64,000 nucleotides of DNA from Cetobacterium ceti (GTDB taxonomy: Bacteria; Fusobacteriota; Fusobacteriia; Fusobacteriales; Fusobacteriaceae): positions 1-64,000 of the forward strand of contig NZ_FUWX01000014.1 of the NCBI RefSeq assembly GCF_900167275.1, written 5' to 3'. The position numbers were made by a program, and so were the translations under genes. Of this stretch, positions 18,889 through 28,481 are shown piece after piece (the stretch's first letter is position 1; every line of letters begins with the position of its first letter). The notes under the pieces are model-generated. The model saw only the letters and a program-made list of their open reading frames with translations, was not told the DNA's origin and did not search any database.

Positions 18889-20067
18889 TCAATAAAATAT
18901 TTTATGTAGCTCAAGAAAGTATAAAATACCTCCTACAATTAGAGCGGGAATTACATTATAAATTGTTACCATTAATGCAGATTTTTTATTTAAAGCTAAG
19001 AGAGGAAATAAAGCATCTCCATCGTTACAAATTGCATTTGCAGCTAAAGCAGAAAAAGGAACAATATCTGCTAAGTAAAGAGAAGCAATTAAAATTTGAG
19101 GACCACATCCTGGTATAAGGCCAAACGCTGTAGCTATAATAACAACTAAAAATCCATTTTGAGAAATGATTTCTAATAATTTTTCTTCCCCACCGATTAA
19201 CTGAATTCCTATTCCATATAAAAAGAAAGCTACAAAAACCCAAGTAATTAGAAATGCAGTTTCTTCTGCACTATGAATTATAGTTTCTTTTATAGAATTT
19301 AACTTACTTTCAACTTTATCAAAATTACTTCCTTGAGTAAATTTTCTACTAATAATAGTATAGGCAATACAAAGAAAAGTCCCTAAGAATCCAACAATTT
19401 CAAATATACTATGTTCTTCATGGGAATGATGATGACCATGAGCTAAATGTTCTATTGCTAAGGGAATACTTAAGATAACTAATCCCCAAAAAATTTTGTA
19501 CCAAATATTATGGGTGAAATTAAATATAAATGTACTTGTATGTGACCTATGTAAAACCTTATCTATAATATCATCATGATTATGAGCAAAATGTTTATGA
19601 TGATGATCTTTAATTTCAGAACTTCGATTAATCTCTTCTAATTTATTTTGATTTAAATTAACTTTAATATTTTTCCCAATATTGAATTTATCAATTAAAA
19701 TTCCAGAAGTAATTCCAGTAAATCCACTGATTAAAAGTATCCAAAAATATATTTTAGGAGCACCAACTAAGATAATAAATGCAGCATCTCCCATGGTTGT
19801 AATAAATGCAGCTACTAATGCTCCAAAGGATACTTTTCCAAGCACATATAATGGAACCATAATAATAGCTCCTCCACATCCAGGAATTAATCCTAATAAA
19901 GATGCTAGGATAATTTGATGAGATCCTTTTTTTTCTAGATGAGATATAATTATCCCATTAAATTTATAATCTATTAATCCAATAAGAAAAAGAGTAATTG
20001 AAACAAAAACTCCAACAGTTAAAAAAGCTTCAATTGCTGAAGAATAAATAATTTTAAAAATGTCCAT
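18889..20067 (-). CDS. Two-repeat polytopic permease with His-rich loops, putative metal-ion transporter
   Basis: Internal duplication: 'GLIPGCGGAIIMVPLYVLGKVSFGALVAAFITTMGDAAF' versus 'GLIPGCGPQILIASLYLADIVPFSALAANAICNDGDALF'. His clusters 'DHHHKHFAHNHDD' and 'AHGHHHSHEEH'. Confidence 0.5.
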   Translation of the reverse strand: MDIFKIIYSSAIEAFLTVGVFVSITLFLIGLIDYKFNGIIISHLEKKGSHQIILASLLGLIPGCGGAIIMVPLYVLGKVSFGALVAAFITTMGDAAFIILVGAPKIYFWILLISGFTGITSGILIDKFNIGKNIKVNLNQNKLEEINRSSEIKDHHHKHFAHNHDDIIDKVLHRSHTSTFIFNFTHNIWYKIFWGLVILSIPLAIEHLAHGHHHSHEEHSIFEIVGFLGTFLCIAYTIISRKFTQGSNFDKVESKLNSIKETIIHSAEETAFLITWVFVAFFLYGIGIQLIGGEEKLLEIISQNGFLVVIIATAFGLIPGCGPQILIASLYLADIVPFSALAANAICNDGDALFPLLALNKKSALMVTIYNVIPALIVGGILYFLELHKIFY

Positions 20068-20133
20068 AAAAACAGCCCCTTTATTTTGTAAATCAAACCT
20101 TTTTATATACTAATATAAAAAAACAGAAATTGC

Positions 20134-20162
20134 AATATTTTTTGAAAAAAAAATCTTCCATT
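20134..20162 (-). terminator. Rho-independent terminator downstream of the sigma-factor gene (minus strand)
   Basis: atcttcca-tttc-tggaagat hairpin preceded on the plus strand by A9, which is a U-run on the minus strand. Confidence 0.5.
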
Positions 20163-20171
20163 TCTGGAAGA

Positions 20172-20999
20172 TTAAATTCTTTGTAAACTATACATACTAT
20201 CTTTTTTTAGTTTTACCTTTAATTTATTTAAAGCTTTTGCTTCTAATTGCCTAATTCTTTCTCTTGTCACACCTAATTCATATCCAATTTCAGTTAAGGT
20301 TTTAGGTTGATCACTTAAAAAGCCATATCTATTATAAATAATAGTTTTTTCTTTTTGATTTAGAATAGAAAGGGCTTCTTCAATTTGATTTTGTAAAGCT
20401 AGATATTCAACTTTTTTTGATAAATTTCCAAAATTACTATCTTCAACGGTATCTAGTAAAATAATATCTTCAGAACTATTTTTAATTTCTTTATATAAAG
20501 AAATTGTATTTCGATTTATATTTTTTAATAGTTTTAAAGTTTTTTTAGAAATATTTAAAATTTTTGCTGCATCTTCATCTGTTAATTCTTTATTTTCTAT
20601 AAAAGATTTGTCTTGCAACTTTTTATAGTTATATAAAAGTTCGAGAATATAAACAGGTAATTTGATATTTTTAAATCCATTAAAACATGCTTTTGAAATA
20701 TATTGTTTTATCCAATATGTTGCATAGGTTGAAAAACGAAATCCTCTATCAGGGTCAAAAAGTTCAACAGCACGAGATAAACCGATAATTCCTTCTTGAA
20801 TTAGATCTAAGAGTTCATTTTCACTATTTAAATAATTTTTAGCAATACTTACTACTAGTCGTATGTTTGATATAATAAGTGTTTCACGGGCATCTTCATC
20901 ACCATTAAGAGCTCTTTTGGAATAATAAATTTCCTCTTGGGAAGTAAGATTTTTAATTTTACTTATTTCAGCAATATATGAATCTAAATGTTTCCTCAT
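20172..20999 (-). CDS. Sigma-70-family RNA polymerase sigma factor, RpoD-like regions 1.2-4.2 without region 1.1 (alternative, group-2/3-like)
   Basis: Region 2 '[15 protein letters not shown]...[39 protein letters not shown]'. Region 4.2 '[28 protein letters not shown]'. Confidence 0.85.
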   Translation of the reverse strand: MRKHLDSYIAEISKIKNLTSQEEIYYSKRALNGDEDARETLIISNIRLVVSIAKNYLNSENELLDLIQEGIIGLSRAVELFDPDRGFRFSTYATYWIKQYISKACFNGFKNIKLPVYILELLYNYKKLQDKSFIENKELTDEDAAKILNISKKTLKLLKNINRNTISLYKEIKNSSEDIILLDTVEDSNFGNLSKKVEYLALQNQIEEALSILNQKEKTIIYNRYGFLSDQPKTLTEIGYELGVTRERIRQLEAKALNKLKVKLKKDSMYSLQRI

Positions 21000-21120
21000 A
21001 AATATTCCTCTTTTCTAGCTTTTTTCTAATAGAATTGTCCTACTTTATTATATAAAGAAGTAAAGGAATACTCTACCTAAATAACTATAAAATTTTATGA
21101 AATATTTATCATTATGAGAA

Positions 21121-22359
21121 TTATGATTCTAAATATTTAATTTCATTTTGTTTAATTTTTCTAAATTCTAAGGGAGTTTTATTGTATTTTTCTTTAAAAA
21201 CTTTAGATAAAAATCCTGAATTTGAAAAATTTAAATTTTCTGAAATATCAGAAATTTTATTTTTTTGAGTAATTAAATCATATGCAGCAAGTTGTAATTT
21301 TTGATCTAAAATATATTGTGATGGATACATCTGAAACTCTTCTAGAAATAAAGATACAACATTGTTTTTATTTAAAAAGAATTTTTTTTGTATATCTGCA
21401 ACTGTTATAGTCGTTATATTTTCATTAATATGTTTAACAATTTCTTCAATAACATTTTCATTTTTATCAAAAGATTTGTGCTCTGAGTATTCCATAAAAA
21501 TTCGAGAAAAAAGACGAAATAAAACTAAATTAATTTGATTTATGTCTTTAAATGAATTTAGTATTTCTAAACAGTCTGGAGAAAATTTAAAATGTTTATG
21601 AAGGAAGAAACTTTTTTCGATAATTTTAGTATAAAAATCTTCAAAGAAATTTTCTTTAATATGAATAAGAATATATTCAATGTCATCAGTTAAGATTTGA
21701 TATATTCCTAAAAATTTCTTTCTAGTCATAATAAAATTATTTTTACAAAGAACTTTTGAAACATTTTCAAAACGCATTTCTCCTTTTAAACAAAATCTTA
21801 AAATAACTCCATCTTTAGAATAAAAACTTCTTCCTAATTTAGGAGCGCTATTTCCAGAAATTTTAATAACATCAAAATATTTTGTTATATGAGTTTGAGC
21901 AATATCTTCTAATAAATTTAATTGATCAAGTATTTTGACTTCAGGACAATAATAGATATTTTCTATGAGGTTTAAATTAAATTTCAATAAATAAAATTCA
22001 AAATGATATAGTCGTAAACATCGCTCTTCTAATTTGATTAAAACGGTTTCTCTATTATAATTATAATTATCTTTTAGATCTAAATAATTTCCAATAATTT
22101 TTAAAACATTATCTTTAAAAGAATCATTTTTGAAAAAAATATTGTTTTTAGTAATCAATTTTTCATAAATATTTTCATGTTTACTTAAAGACTCATTAAA
22201 AACAGATAAAATGGATAAATTATCTAATTGAAGGAATTCTTTGTTATTTCCTGTTATAATCAGTTCAAAAATATTAAGAGTCTTTTTATATAAAGAAAAG
22301 AAATCTTTATTTTGATTAGACATATTTATTTCTAAAGCTTTTATGGCACCACTATACAA
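21121..22359 (-). CDS. AraC/XylS-family transcriptional regulator with a large (about 300-aa) unrecognised N-terminal domain
   Basis: C-terminal double HTH 'SQYILDQKLQLAAYDLITQKNKISDISENLNFSNSGFLSKVFKEKYNKTPLEFRK'. Probable TTG start at 22359, 7 nt after GGGAGGA; an alternative ATG lies at 22323. Confidence 0.7.
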   Translation of the reverse strand: MYSGAIKALEINMSNQNKDFFSLYKKTLNIFELIITGNNKEFLQLDNLSILSVFNESLSKHENIYEKLITKNNIFFKNDSFKDNVLKIIGNYLDLKDNYNYNRETVLIKLEERCLRLYHFEFYLLKFNLNLIENIYYCPEVKILDQLNLLEDIAQTHITKYFDVIKISGNSAPKLGRSFYSKDGVILRFCLKGEMRFENVSKVLCKNNFIMTRKKFLGIYQILTDDIEYILIHIKENFFEDFYTKIIEKSFFLHKHFKFSPDCLEILNSFKDINQINLVLFRLFSRIFMEYSEHKSFDKNENVIEEIVKHINENITTITVADIQKKFFLNKNNVVSLFLEEFQMYPSQYILDQKLQLAAYDLITQKNKISDISENLNFSNSGFLSKVFKEKYNKTPLEFRKIKQNEIKYLES

Positions 22360-22687
22360 ATTATAATCCTCCCTTAAAATTTAAGTCAATCTAAAATAAT
22401 GAACAAAACTTATTATAACATGTTTATAAGAAAAAATTAAGAAATTAATAAAAAAAATTAATAAAATTTGTGAAAACAAAGTATATTTATGTAATAAAAA
22501 AAATGAAATAATTATAAAAAAAATGACACCAAAGAGACATTTTGTGAAAAAGTTGACAATATGTCGTGAAAATCTAAAAAAAAGCAGAAATCTCATGAAA
22601 GTATACTATATTAATATCATAACAAAGCTATTATAATAAAATTGTGTACAAAATACAGTGTACAAGAACCAACAGAAAGGAATTATT

Positions 22688-23416
22688 ATGAAAATAAGAT
22701 TACATATATTATCTGTTTTATTTATATTTTTAAGTTTTATATCATATGGATTTGATTTTGGTCCTATGGGATTTGATAAAAGAATAGATGATGGTTCTGG
22801 ATATGGAGAGTTTTCTCTTAGAAATCATGAAAATCATCCCATAAGATATAAAATAAGTATTTTAGATTCTGGGAAAAAAAATAATATATCTAAATATGCC
22901 AGTGTTTATCCTAAAATTTTAACTATTCCAGCTCAAGGGGAAAAAATTTTTAAGGTATATGTAGATCCTAAAGAAAATATTAAACCTGGAGAATATACAT
23001 TTTTATTGGGAATGAAAAGTATTGGAATCCCATTTTTAGGAGATGGAGAAATAAAAAATTCTAAACCAGAAGTAACTATGCAAGCTGGTGTAAATGTAGA
23101 AATGTCATGTTATGCTGGGAATATTAAAAATTACTTTGACATCAAAAATCCACAATTTTATAAAAAAGTTGAAAAGGATGGAGTAATAAAAAGATATTTT
23201 AAAGGAAAAGTTTTAAATAATACTGGAAGAGGATATGAAATAGGTGTTGGATTTTATGATGCTAATAATACTTTAATGGACGTTAAAGCTAAAGGAAGAT
23301 TGGTAAATAAAAGCTCAATGGATGTAAATATATTAATACCAAATCAAGCTAAGAAAATAGTATTTTATGATTATAATAACCAAATTGTAGTAGGGCAACA
23401 AATAACAATTAAATAA
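22688..23416 (+). CDS. Periplasmic PapD-like pilus chaperone (paralog 1) of a chaperone-usher system
   Basis: Start chosen after RBS gaaagga (MKIRLHILSVLFIFLSFISYG signal). The mature N-terminus 'FDKRIDDGSGYGEFSLRNHENHPIRYKI' matches the chaperone strand A1 / Arg-8 region pattern. About 240 aa, β-rich, paralogous to 24106..24831. Confidence 0.55.
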   Translation: MKIRLHILSVLFIFLSFISYGFDFGPMGFDKRIDDGSGYGEFSLRNHENHPIRYKISILDSGKKNNISKYASVYPKILTIPAQGEKIFKVYVDPKENIKPGEYTFLLGMKSIGIPFLGDGEIKNSKPEVTMQAGVNVEMSCYAGNIKNYFDIKNPQFYKKVEKDGVIKRYFKGKVLNNTGRGYEIGVGFYDANNTLMDVKAKGRLVNKSSMDVNILIPNQAKKIVFYDYNNQIVVGQQITIK

Positions 23417-23450
23417 TAAATATTACATAAAAGCGGAGGAGAAAAAGAAT

Positions 23451-24017
23451 ATGAAAAAAGTTTTATTAGGATTATTAGCAGTTTCAGCAATTTCGTTTGG
23501 AGCTTCAAATTCAGGAGACAATAATTTAGAAAAAACAACAGGAGTTCCAGTAGAAGTAAGAGCAAATGTTATACCTAAAGGAGCAAGATTAGTATTAGTT
23601 GATGGAAATGATAATATAATTGATAAATTAGTTTTTGATCACAAAAATATAATCCAAGGACAAACTCATGCAATGACTCAAATGGTAAAAGTAAGAAGAA
23701 CGGATAATGGAGCTTTATTTGCATCTGGAAGCAAAGATGGAACAGTAACATTTAGTGCTATTCCTACTATAAATGGAAAAACTGCAACTGCAAATGATAA
23801 CAATTTTCCTTTATATAAAGATTTAGGTGGAAAAGAAGAAGAGTTAAGTTCAACTTTAGATTTTAATAATAAGCCAATTAACATAGATGAAACAGGAACA
23901 AAAGCTCAAACAATGGTAACTTCAACAGTTATAGCAAAAGCAGATCAAGAAGAAGGTTTATATATTGGAACAGGAACATTTACAGCAACATTAGGTGAGA
24001 AAGGAGCAACAAAATAG
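23451..24017 (+). CDS. Major pilin subunit, spore-coat-protein-U (SCPU)/CsuA/B-like
   Basis: RBS ggagga and signal peptide. N-terminal alternating-hydrophobic donor-strand-like 'VPVEVRANVIPKGARLVLV'. C-terminal 'GLYIGTGTFTATL' matches the SCPU C-terminal motif (cf. CsuA/B '...GDYKDTLLVTVNF'). Confidence 0.55.
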   Translation: MKKVLLGLLAVSAISFGASNSGDNNLEKTTGVPVEVRANVIPKGARLVLVDGNDNIIDKLVFDHKNIIQGQTHAMTQMVKVRRTDNGALFASGSKDGTVTFSAIPTINGKTATANDNNFPLYKDLGGKEEELSSTLDFNNKPINIDETGTKAQTMVTSTVIAKADQEEGLYIGTGTFTATLGEKGATK

Positions 24018-24105
24018 TAAAAAAGTAATTTATAGAATGGGGTAGTTATCTCACAGGATGACTACCTTTTTATATAAATTATACCTTTTGAAAAGGAGAT
24101 GAATA

Positions 24106-24831
24106 ATGAAAAGGATATATGTAATATTGTTATTATTAGGAACATTTAGTTGTTTTTTATATGGGTATATTAATGTAGATCCATTGTATTTTGATAAGAG
24201 AATCGATGGAGTGGGAGGCTATAAAGAATATACTTTAACAAATAGTACTAATAAGACTTTAAGATATCGAGTTTATAGTGAAAAAATAAGTAATCAAAAT
24301 GATATGAGCTCTTGGATAGATTTTTATCCAAAATCAATTACTTTAAAAAAAGGTGAAAGTAAAAAAATCAAAGTGTTAATTACTGCCCCTGTTGGAACAA
24401 AAGAAGGAGAATATATAGCGAATTTAGGAATTAAAGAAATCCCAATACCTCTATTAGAGAGTACTTCAGCAGTTAGTTTATATACTAATTTACAAATAGA
24501 ACTTGCTGGATATGTCGGAAATATAAAACCACAATTATCAATATCAAAATTACAAATAATTAAAAATAATAATTACTTAAAATTATTTGGAGGAATTGAA
24601 AATATAGGAAGAATTAGAACCAAAGCTGAATTTTATTTAGAAAATGAAAATAAAGATAAAATTTATTTAGGAAGTTATAGATTGTTTAAAGGGGATCGAA
24701 AAAATTTAAACAAATTAGAACCTATAAAAATAAATATAAAAAATATAGAAAAATATAAAACATTTTTAGTTACCGATAGAGATGGAAAAATAATTCTTAA
24801 GAAAAAAATTAAAATAATGGAAGGTAAATAA
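24106..24831 (+). CDS. Periplasmic PapD-like pilus chaperone (paralog 2)
   Basis: RBS aaggaga and signal peptide. 'FDKRIDGVGGYKEYTLTNSTNKTLRYRVYSEK' parallels the N-terminal domain of CU chaperones ('R..F.....s..l.l.N.......p.l.Q.w'). Confidence 0.55.
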   Translation: MKRIYVILLLLGTFSCFLYGYINVDPLYFDKRIDGVGGYKEYTLTNSTNKTLRYRVYSEKISNQNDMSSWIDFYPKSITLKKGESKKIKVLITAPVGTKEGEYIANLGIKEIPIPLLESTSAVSLYTNLQIELAGYVGNIKPQLSISKLQIIKNNNYLKLFGGIENIGRIRTKAEFYLENENKDKIYLGSYRLFKGDRKNLNKLEPIKINIKNIEKYKTFLVTDRDGKIILKKKIKIMEGK

Positions 24832-24834
24832 AAT

Positions 24835-27492
24835 ATGGGGAAAAAATATTTAAAATTTATGAGCTTATATTTTTTATTTAATATTTTAATTTTTGGAGAA
24901 AATATAGATAAAGCTCAGCTAGATCATTTGAAATCTATTGGGGTTATTTCCCAAGAAGATTATGATATTCTTTTAGGGGATTCAAAAATAAAATCTGGAA
25001 CATCAATGTATGATTTAGTAATAAATGGGGAAAATAAAAGTAAAACATTTGAAGTTATACAGGAGGGGGATAAATTATTTATTCCCCTAAAAGCATTTTT
25101 TGAAAATATTGATTTTACAAATTATAAAGATATTAATGGAGAAGTAACAATTTTATTAGGCGATAATTTAAAAAAAATTATTATAAATTTAAAAGAAAAA
25201 TATATTTTAATAGATGGCAAAGATGAAAAAATAAAAATAACTAAAGAAAATTTAATTGAAAAAAATGGAGAAATTTATTTAGAAGAAAATTTATTTAAAG
25301 AATTGTTCTTAGCTTATATAAGAATAGATAATGATTTATATAAAATGAATATGACCTTAAGTTTTAGCTCTCCAGAAGATATTGCAATTAGATTGGGAAG
25401 AACAAAGGATATTTTAAGAAATAAAAAATTATCCAACGAATTATATTATACAAATAATGCAAAATTATTTGAACTAGGATATTTAAAAGTTCAATTGGAT
25501 CAAATATATAGAAAAAGTAAGGATCAGCCTAAATATAAAAAAGATTGGGATGGAAATTTAGAATATCAAGGAGCAACTTTATACGGACAATTAACAAGTT
25601 CATATAATATGAAAGAAGATTTAATAGGAGATACATATTTAAGATATGATAATATTTGGGAAAAACACACCTTAGAAGTGGGAACATATGGAAGTGGCTA
25701 TGGAAAATCAAGAGAATGGGGATTATCTTTTAAAAAAGATAAGGGATATATTTTAGGAAGTGATAAAACTTATATTATTAAAGAAAATGTTCCTATTGGT
25801 AGTAGAGTAGAACTTTTATATATGGGAATTCCTATTGCAGTTCAAGATTCTAAAAATGGAATTGTAGAATTTGAAAATTCTGAAATTAAAGGTGACAGAG
25901 ATTATATATTAAAAATATATGAGCCTAGTGGAAAAATTATAGAAAAAGTTATTAATACTACAAGTGATTATAATCAGCAAAATAAGGGACAAATGGAATA
26001 TGACATTAATTTAAGAGAGGATGAAAGTTCTAGTAAGTTTAAAAGTTATAGTAATATTTATTATGGTTTAACTAATAATTTAACATTGGGATTAGGTTAT
26101 AGAAGAGAACCTCAAATGATAAATGATGATTATAAATATATAGATACTGGAAGATTAGAAGGAGTTTATAGTAATTATATAAATAGTTTACCTTATACAG
26201 TAGTTCTTGGTGGAGATAAAGTTTTCAATGATATTTATGATAATAGTAATAATAGAAATATAAACAAAAAATATTCTTATGATGTTTTAGGACAAATTGA
26301 TATTAAAAATATACGATTAAAAGTAAAAGAAAAGAAAAGTGGAGCTTATTATGATGAAAAAAATAGGCAGGAATATTCAGTTAAATATACTCCACTTAGA
26401 GCTTTAGATTTACATTATGACTATGAAAGAGTAGAAGATCATTTGAATAAACATACTTCAAATAGTAGATTTACAGCAAATTATTCTAAAACTATTAAAG
26501 ATTTATTGGTTTCAACAGAGTATTCAACTTCAAGAAGAGACAAAGATTCATATGGAGTAAATTTTTATTATAATGGCTTTAGAGCTTTTACAACTCGTTG
26601 GGAAAATAAATGGGACAACGATGGGAAAGATTATACAACTTCTTTCTCAATCTTTAATGGTGGAAATACTAACTTAAATTATACTTTAGAAGCATCTTAC
26701 TCAGAGAAAAATAAAGATATGTTTACTTTTAGATTCTCTATGGATTATGAGAATTTCTTAAGCTTTGATTTCTTTGGAGATAAAGGTGGAACAAGAGAAT
26801 TTAAATTTGGACTTAATAGAATAGTTGACTTAAAAAATCCTTTAGAAAAAATTGATTCAATGGATAGTTCTAGAGTAAAGGTAAAAACTTTTATAGATTT
26901 AAATAATAATAATAAATTTGATAAGGGTGAAAAACCAGTTAATAACGTAGTTGTAAATATTGGAAAAGAGAAGGTAGTTACAGATAGAAATGGAGAGGGA
27001 ATTTTTTATGGAGTGCCAAATCATATAACCTATGACTTAAAACCTACAATAAGAAAACCTTCATTTCTTTTAGGAAATAATAAAATCGTAATAGAGGGAA
27101 GAAACACATCAACTCTTACAGCATATATTCCAGTAAAACCTATGATTACTTTAACAGGAATAGTCAATGTTGATGATAGTTTTAAATCTAAACCTATTGG
27201 AAAAATGAAAGTATTTTCTAATTTACTTGTGAAAATAAAAGATATTAATGGTAAAGTTATTGAAACTACAATGCCTGATGAAACAGGAATTTTTGAAGTA
27301 AGTGGATTGTTCCCTAAAAAATATTTCATAGAGGTTACATATATTGGTGCAGATAGAGAGATTAAAGGGTTAAATAGAGTTGTTCAATTGACCTATGTAG
27401 ATAATGGAGAGGATGATAATGTTATTAACTTTAATGTTTCTAAGGATTATATATCAATGAAAGAAGGAGATAAAGATACATGGTTAAGTTAA
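24835..27492 (+). CDS. Outer-membrane usher (FimD/PapC/CsuD-like)
   Basis: 885 aa with signal peptide. N-terminal 'MYDLVINGENKSKTFEV..GDKLFIPLKAFFENIDF' fits the usher N-domain consensus (Y.L.VNG...F..DG.L.I....L..LG). Y/G-rich β-barrel body. Plug-like 'TYIIKENVPIGSRVELLYMGIPIAVQDSKNGIVEFEN'. C-terminal 'NVVVNIGKEKVVTDRNGEGIFYGVPNH' resembles usher C-terminal domains. Confidence 0.7.
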   Translation: MGKKYLKFMSLYFLFNILIFGENIDKAQLDHLKSIGVISQEDYDILLGDSKIKSGTSMYDLVINGENKSKTFEVIQEGDKLFIPLKAFFENIDFTNYKDINGEVTILLGDNLKKIIINLKEKYILIDGKDEKIKITKENLIEKNGEIYLEENLFKELFLAYIRIDNDLYKMNMTLSFSSPEDIAIRLGRTKDILRNKKLSNELYYTNNAKLFELGYLKVQLDQIYRKSKDQPKYKKDWDGNLEYQGATLYGQLTSSYNMKEDLIGDTYLRYDNIWEKHTLEVGTYGSGYGKSREWGLSFKKDKGYILGSDKTYIIKENVPIGSRVELLYMGIPIAVQDSKNGIVEFENSEIKGDRDYILKIYEPSGKIIEKVINTTSDYNQQNKGQMEYDINLREDESSSKFKSYSNIYYGLTNNLTLGLGYRREPQMINDDYKYIDTGRLEGVYSNYINSLPYTVVLGGDKVFNDIYDNSNNRNINKKYSYDVLGQIDIKNIRLKVKEKKSGAYYDEKNRQEYSVKYTPLRALDLHYDYERVEDHLNKHTSNSRFTANYSKTIKDLLVSTEYSTSRRDKDSYGVNFYYNGFRAFTTRWENKWDNDGKDYTTSFSIFNGGNTNLNYTLEASYSEKNKDMFTFRFSMDYENFLSFDFFGDKGGTREFKFGLNRIVDLKNPLEKIDSMDSSRVKVKTFIDLNNNNKFDKGEKPVNNVVVNIGKEKVVTDRNGEGIFYGVPNHITYDLKPTIRKPSFLLGNNKIVIEGRNTSTLTAYIPVKPMITLTGIVNVDDSFKSKPIGKMKVFSNLLVKIKDINGKVIETTMPDETGIFEVSGLFPKKYFIEVTYIGADREIKGLNRVVQLTYVDNGEDDNVINFNVSKDYISMKEGDKDTWLS

Positions 27493-28028
27493 TTATAATG
27501 ATATTTATAATTTTTATAAATATATTAACCTTTGGAGCAAATACAAAAATCTTAGATATTCATGATAAAAGTTTACCTAAAATTAAAGAAGAGGATATTC
27601 CAAAAGTTCCAGGGCTTCCAAATAAAGATATGGAAGAAAAAAATAATAAGGGAGAAATTATTGGAATTAGAAAATTAGAAAAAAATACTACTGTAATGAT
27701 GGAAGCACAGGTTAAAGTAGTAGTTCCCTTAGAAATTTTATCAGATATAGATATAAATACTGTGATTATAGATGATGAAAAGGCAACAGTTCCCTTTGAT
27801 ATAGAATTAAATAAAAAACCTGATAAGGAAAATTATTATAAAATAAACTTTAGTCAAAAAGATATTGATATTGATAATGATGGGAAAGTGGATACTAAAA
27901 TATACTCTCCAGATTATATAAATACAAAAATTGTAAAAGGAAATTATGTAACTGTTGATGGAGCTAATATTTCAAAAGAGGGAACACATAAGAAAACTAT
28001 TTATATGACTATAGGAGTGAGGGAATAG
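27480..28028 (+). CDS. Minor pilus subunit (SCPU-like)
   Basis: RBS aaggaga and signal peptide. The start overlaps the usher stop. C-terminal 'GTHKKTIYMTIGV' has the SCPU-like alternating pattern. Confidence 0.45.
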   Translation: MVKLIIMIFIIFINILTFGANTKILDIHDKSLPKIKEEDIPKVPGLPNKDMEEKNNKGEIIGIRKLEKNTTVMMEAQVKVVVPLEILSDIDINTVIIDDEKATVPFDIELNKKPDKENYYKINFSQKDIDIDNDGKVDTKIYSPDYINTKIVKGNYVTVDGANISKEGTHKKTIYMTIGVRE

Positions 28029-28481
28029 ATGATAAAAAAAATTATTTTTTCTTTTATGTTTATTAATTTAATAGCATTTGGAGAAATTCATATAAAAATA
28101 TTTCAACCTTTAAGATTTAATAATGTTAATACTCGAAGCATAAGTGAAAGTGATAGTGTAATTGGAGAAGGAATTTTAGAAATTTCCACTGATAATTTAA
28201 AAGAAGATGAAGGGAAAGAATTGGCATTTCTTTTTCCTCAAAAGGGCCTTATGACAAATCGGAAAAAATGGGTGAAAATAGATAGTTATTATATGGATTT
28301 AAAAGATAAAAAATTAATTATTGATAGAGAAACTGTACAAGTTAAATTTTATGCTAAATTAGATCGAGATAACTTTAGAAAACCAGGAGAAGATCCAGAG
28401 ATAGTTGAAGGGGATTATATAGGATATGTTCCTATTATTGTATCCCAATATAGTAAACTAGAAAATAGGAGTGACTCATGA
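28029..28481 (+). CDS. Minor pilus subunit (SCPU-like)
   Basis: ATG immediately after the upstream TAG. Signal peptide. C-terminal 'EGDYIGYVPIIVSQY' has the SCPU G-D-Y-x-G motif. Confidence 0.45.
   Translation: MIKKIIFSFMFINLIAFGEIHIKIFQPLRFNNVNTRSISESDSVIGEGILEISTDNLKEDEGKELAFLFPQKGLMTNRKKWVKIDSYYMDLKDKKLIIDRETVQVKFYAKLDRDNFRKPGEDPEIVEGDYIGYVPIIVSQYSKLENRSDS

Noticed and set aside
22381-22596. 71-aa ORF in the AraC / pilus-operon intergenic region.
   Set aside because: It lies in an extremely AT-rich promoter region. Its product is low-complexity (poly-F/I/L) with no RBS. The region is more likely regulatory DNA than a gene.
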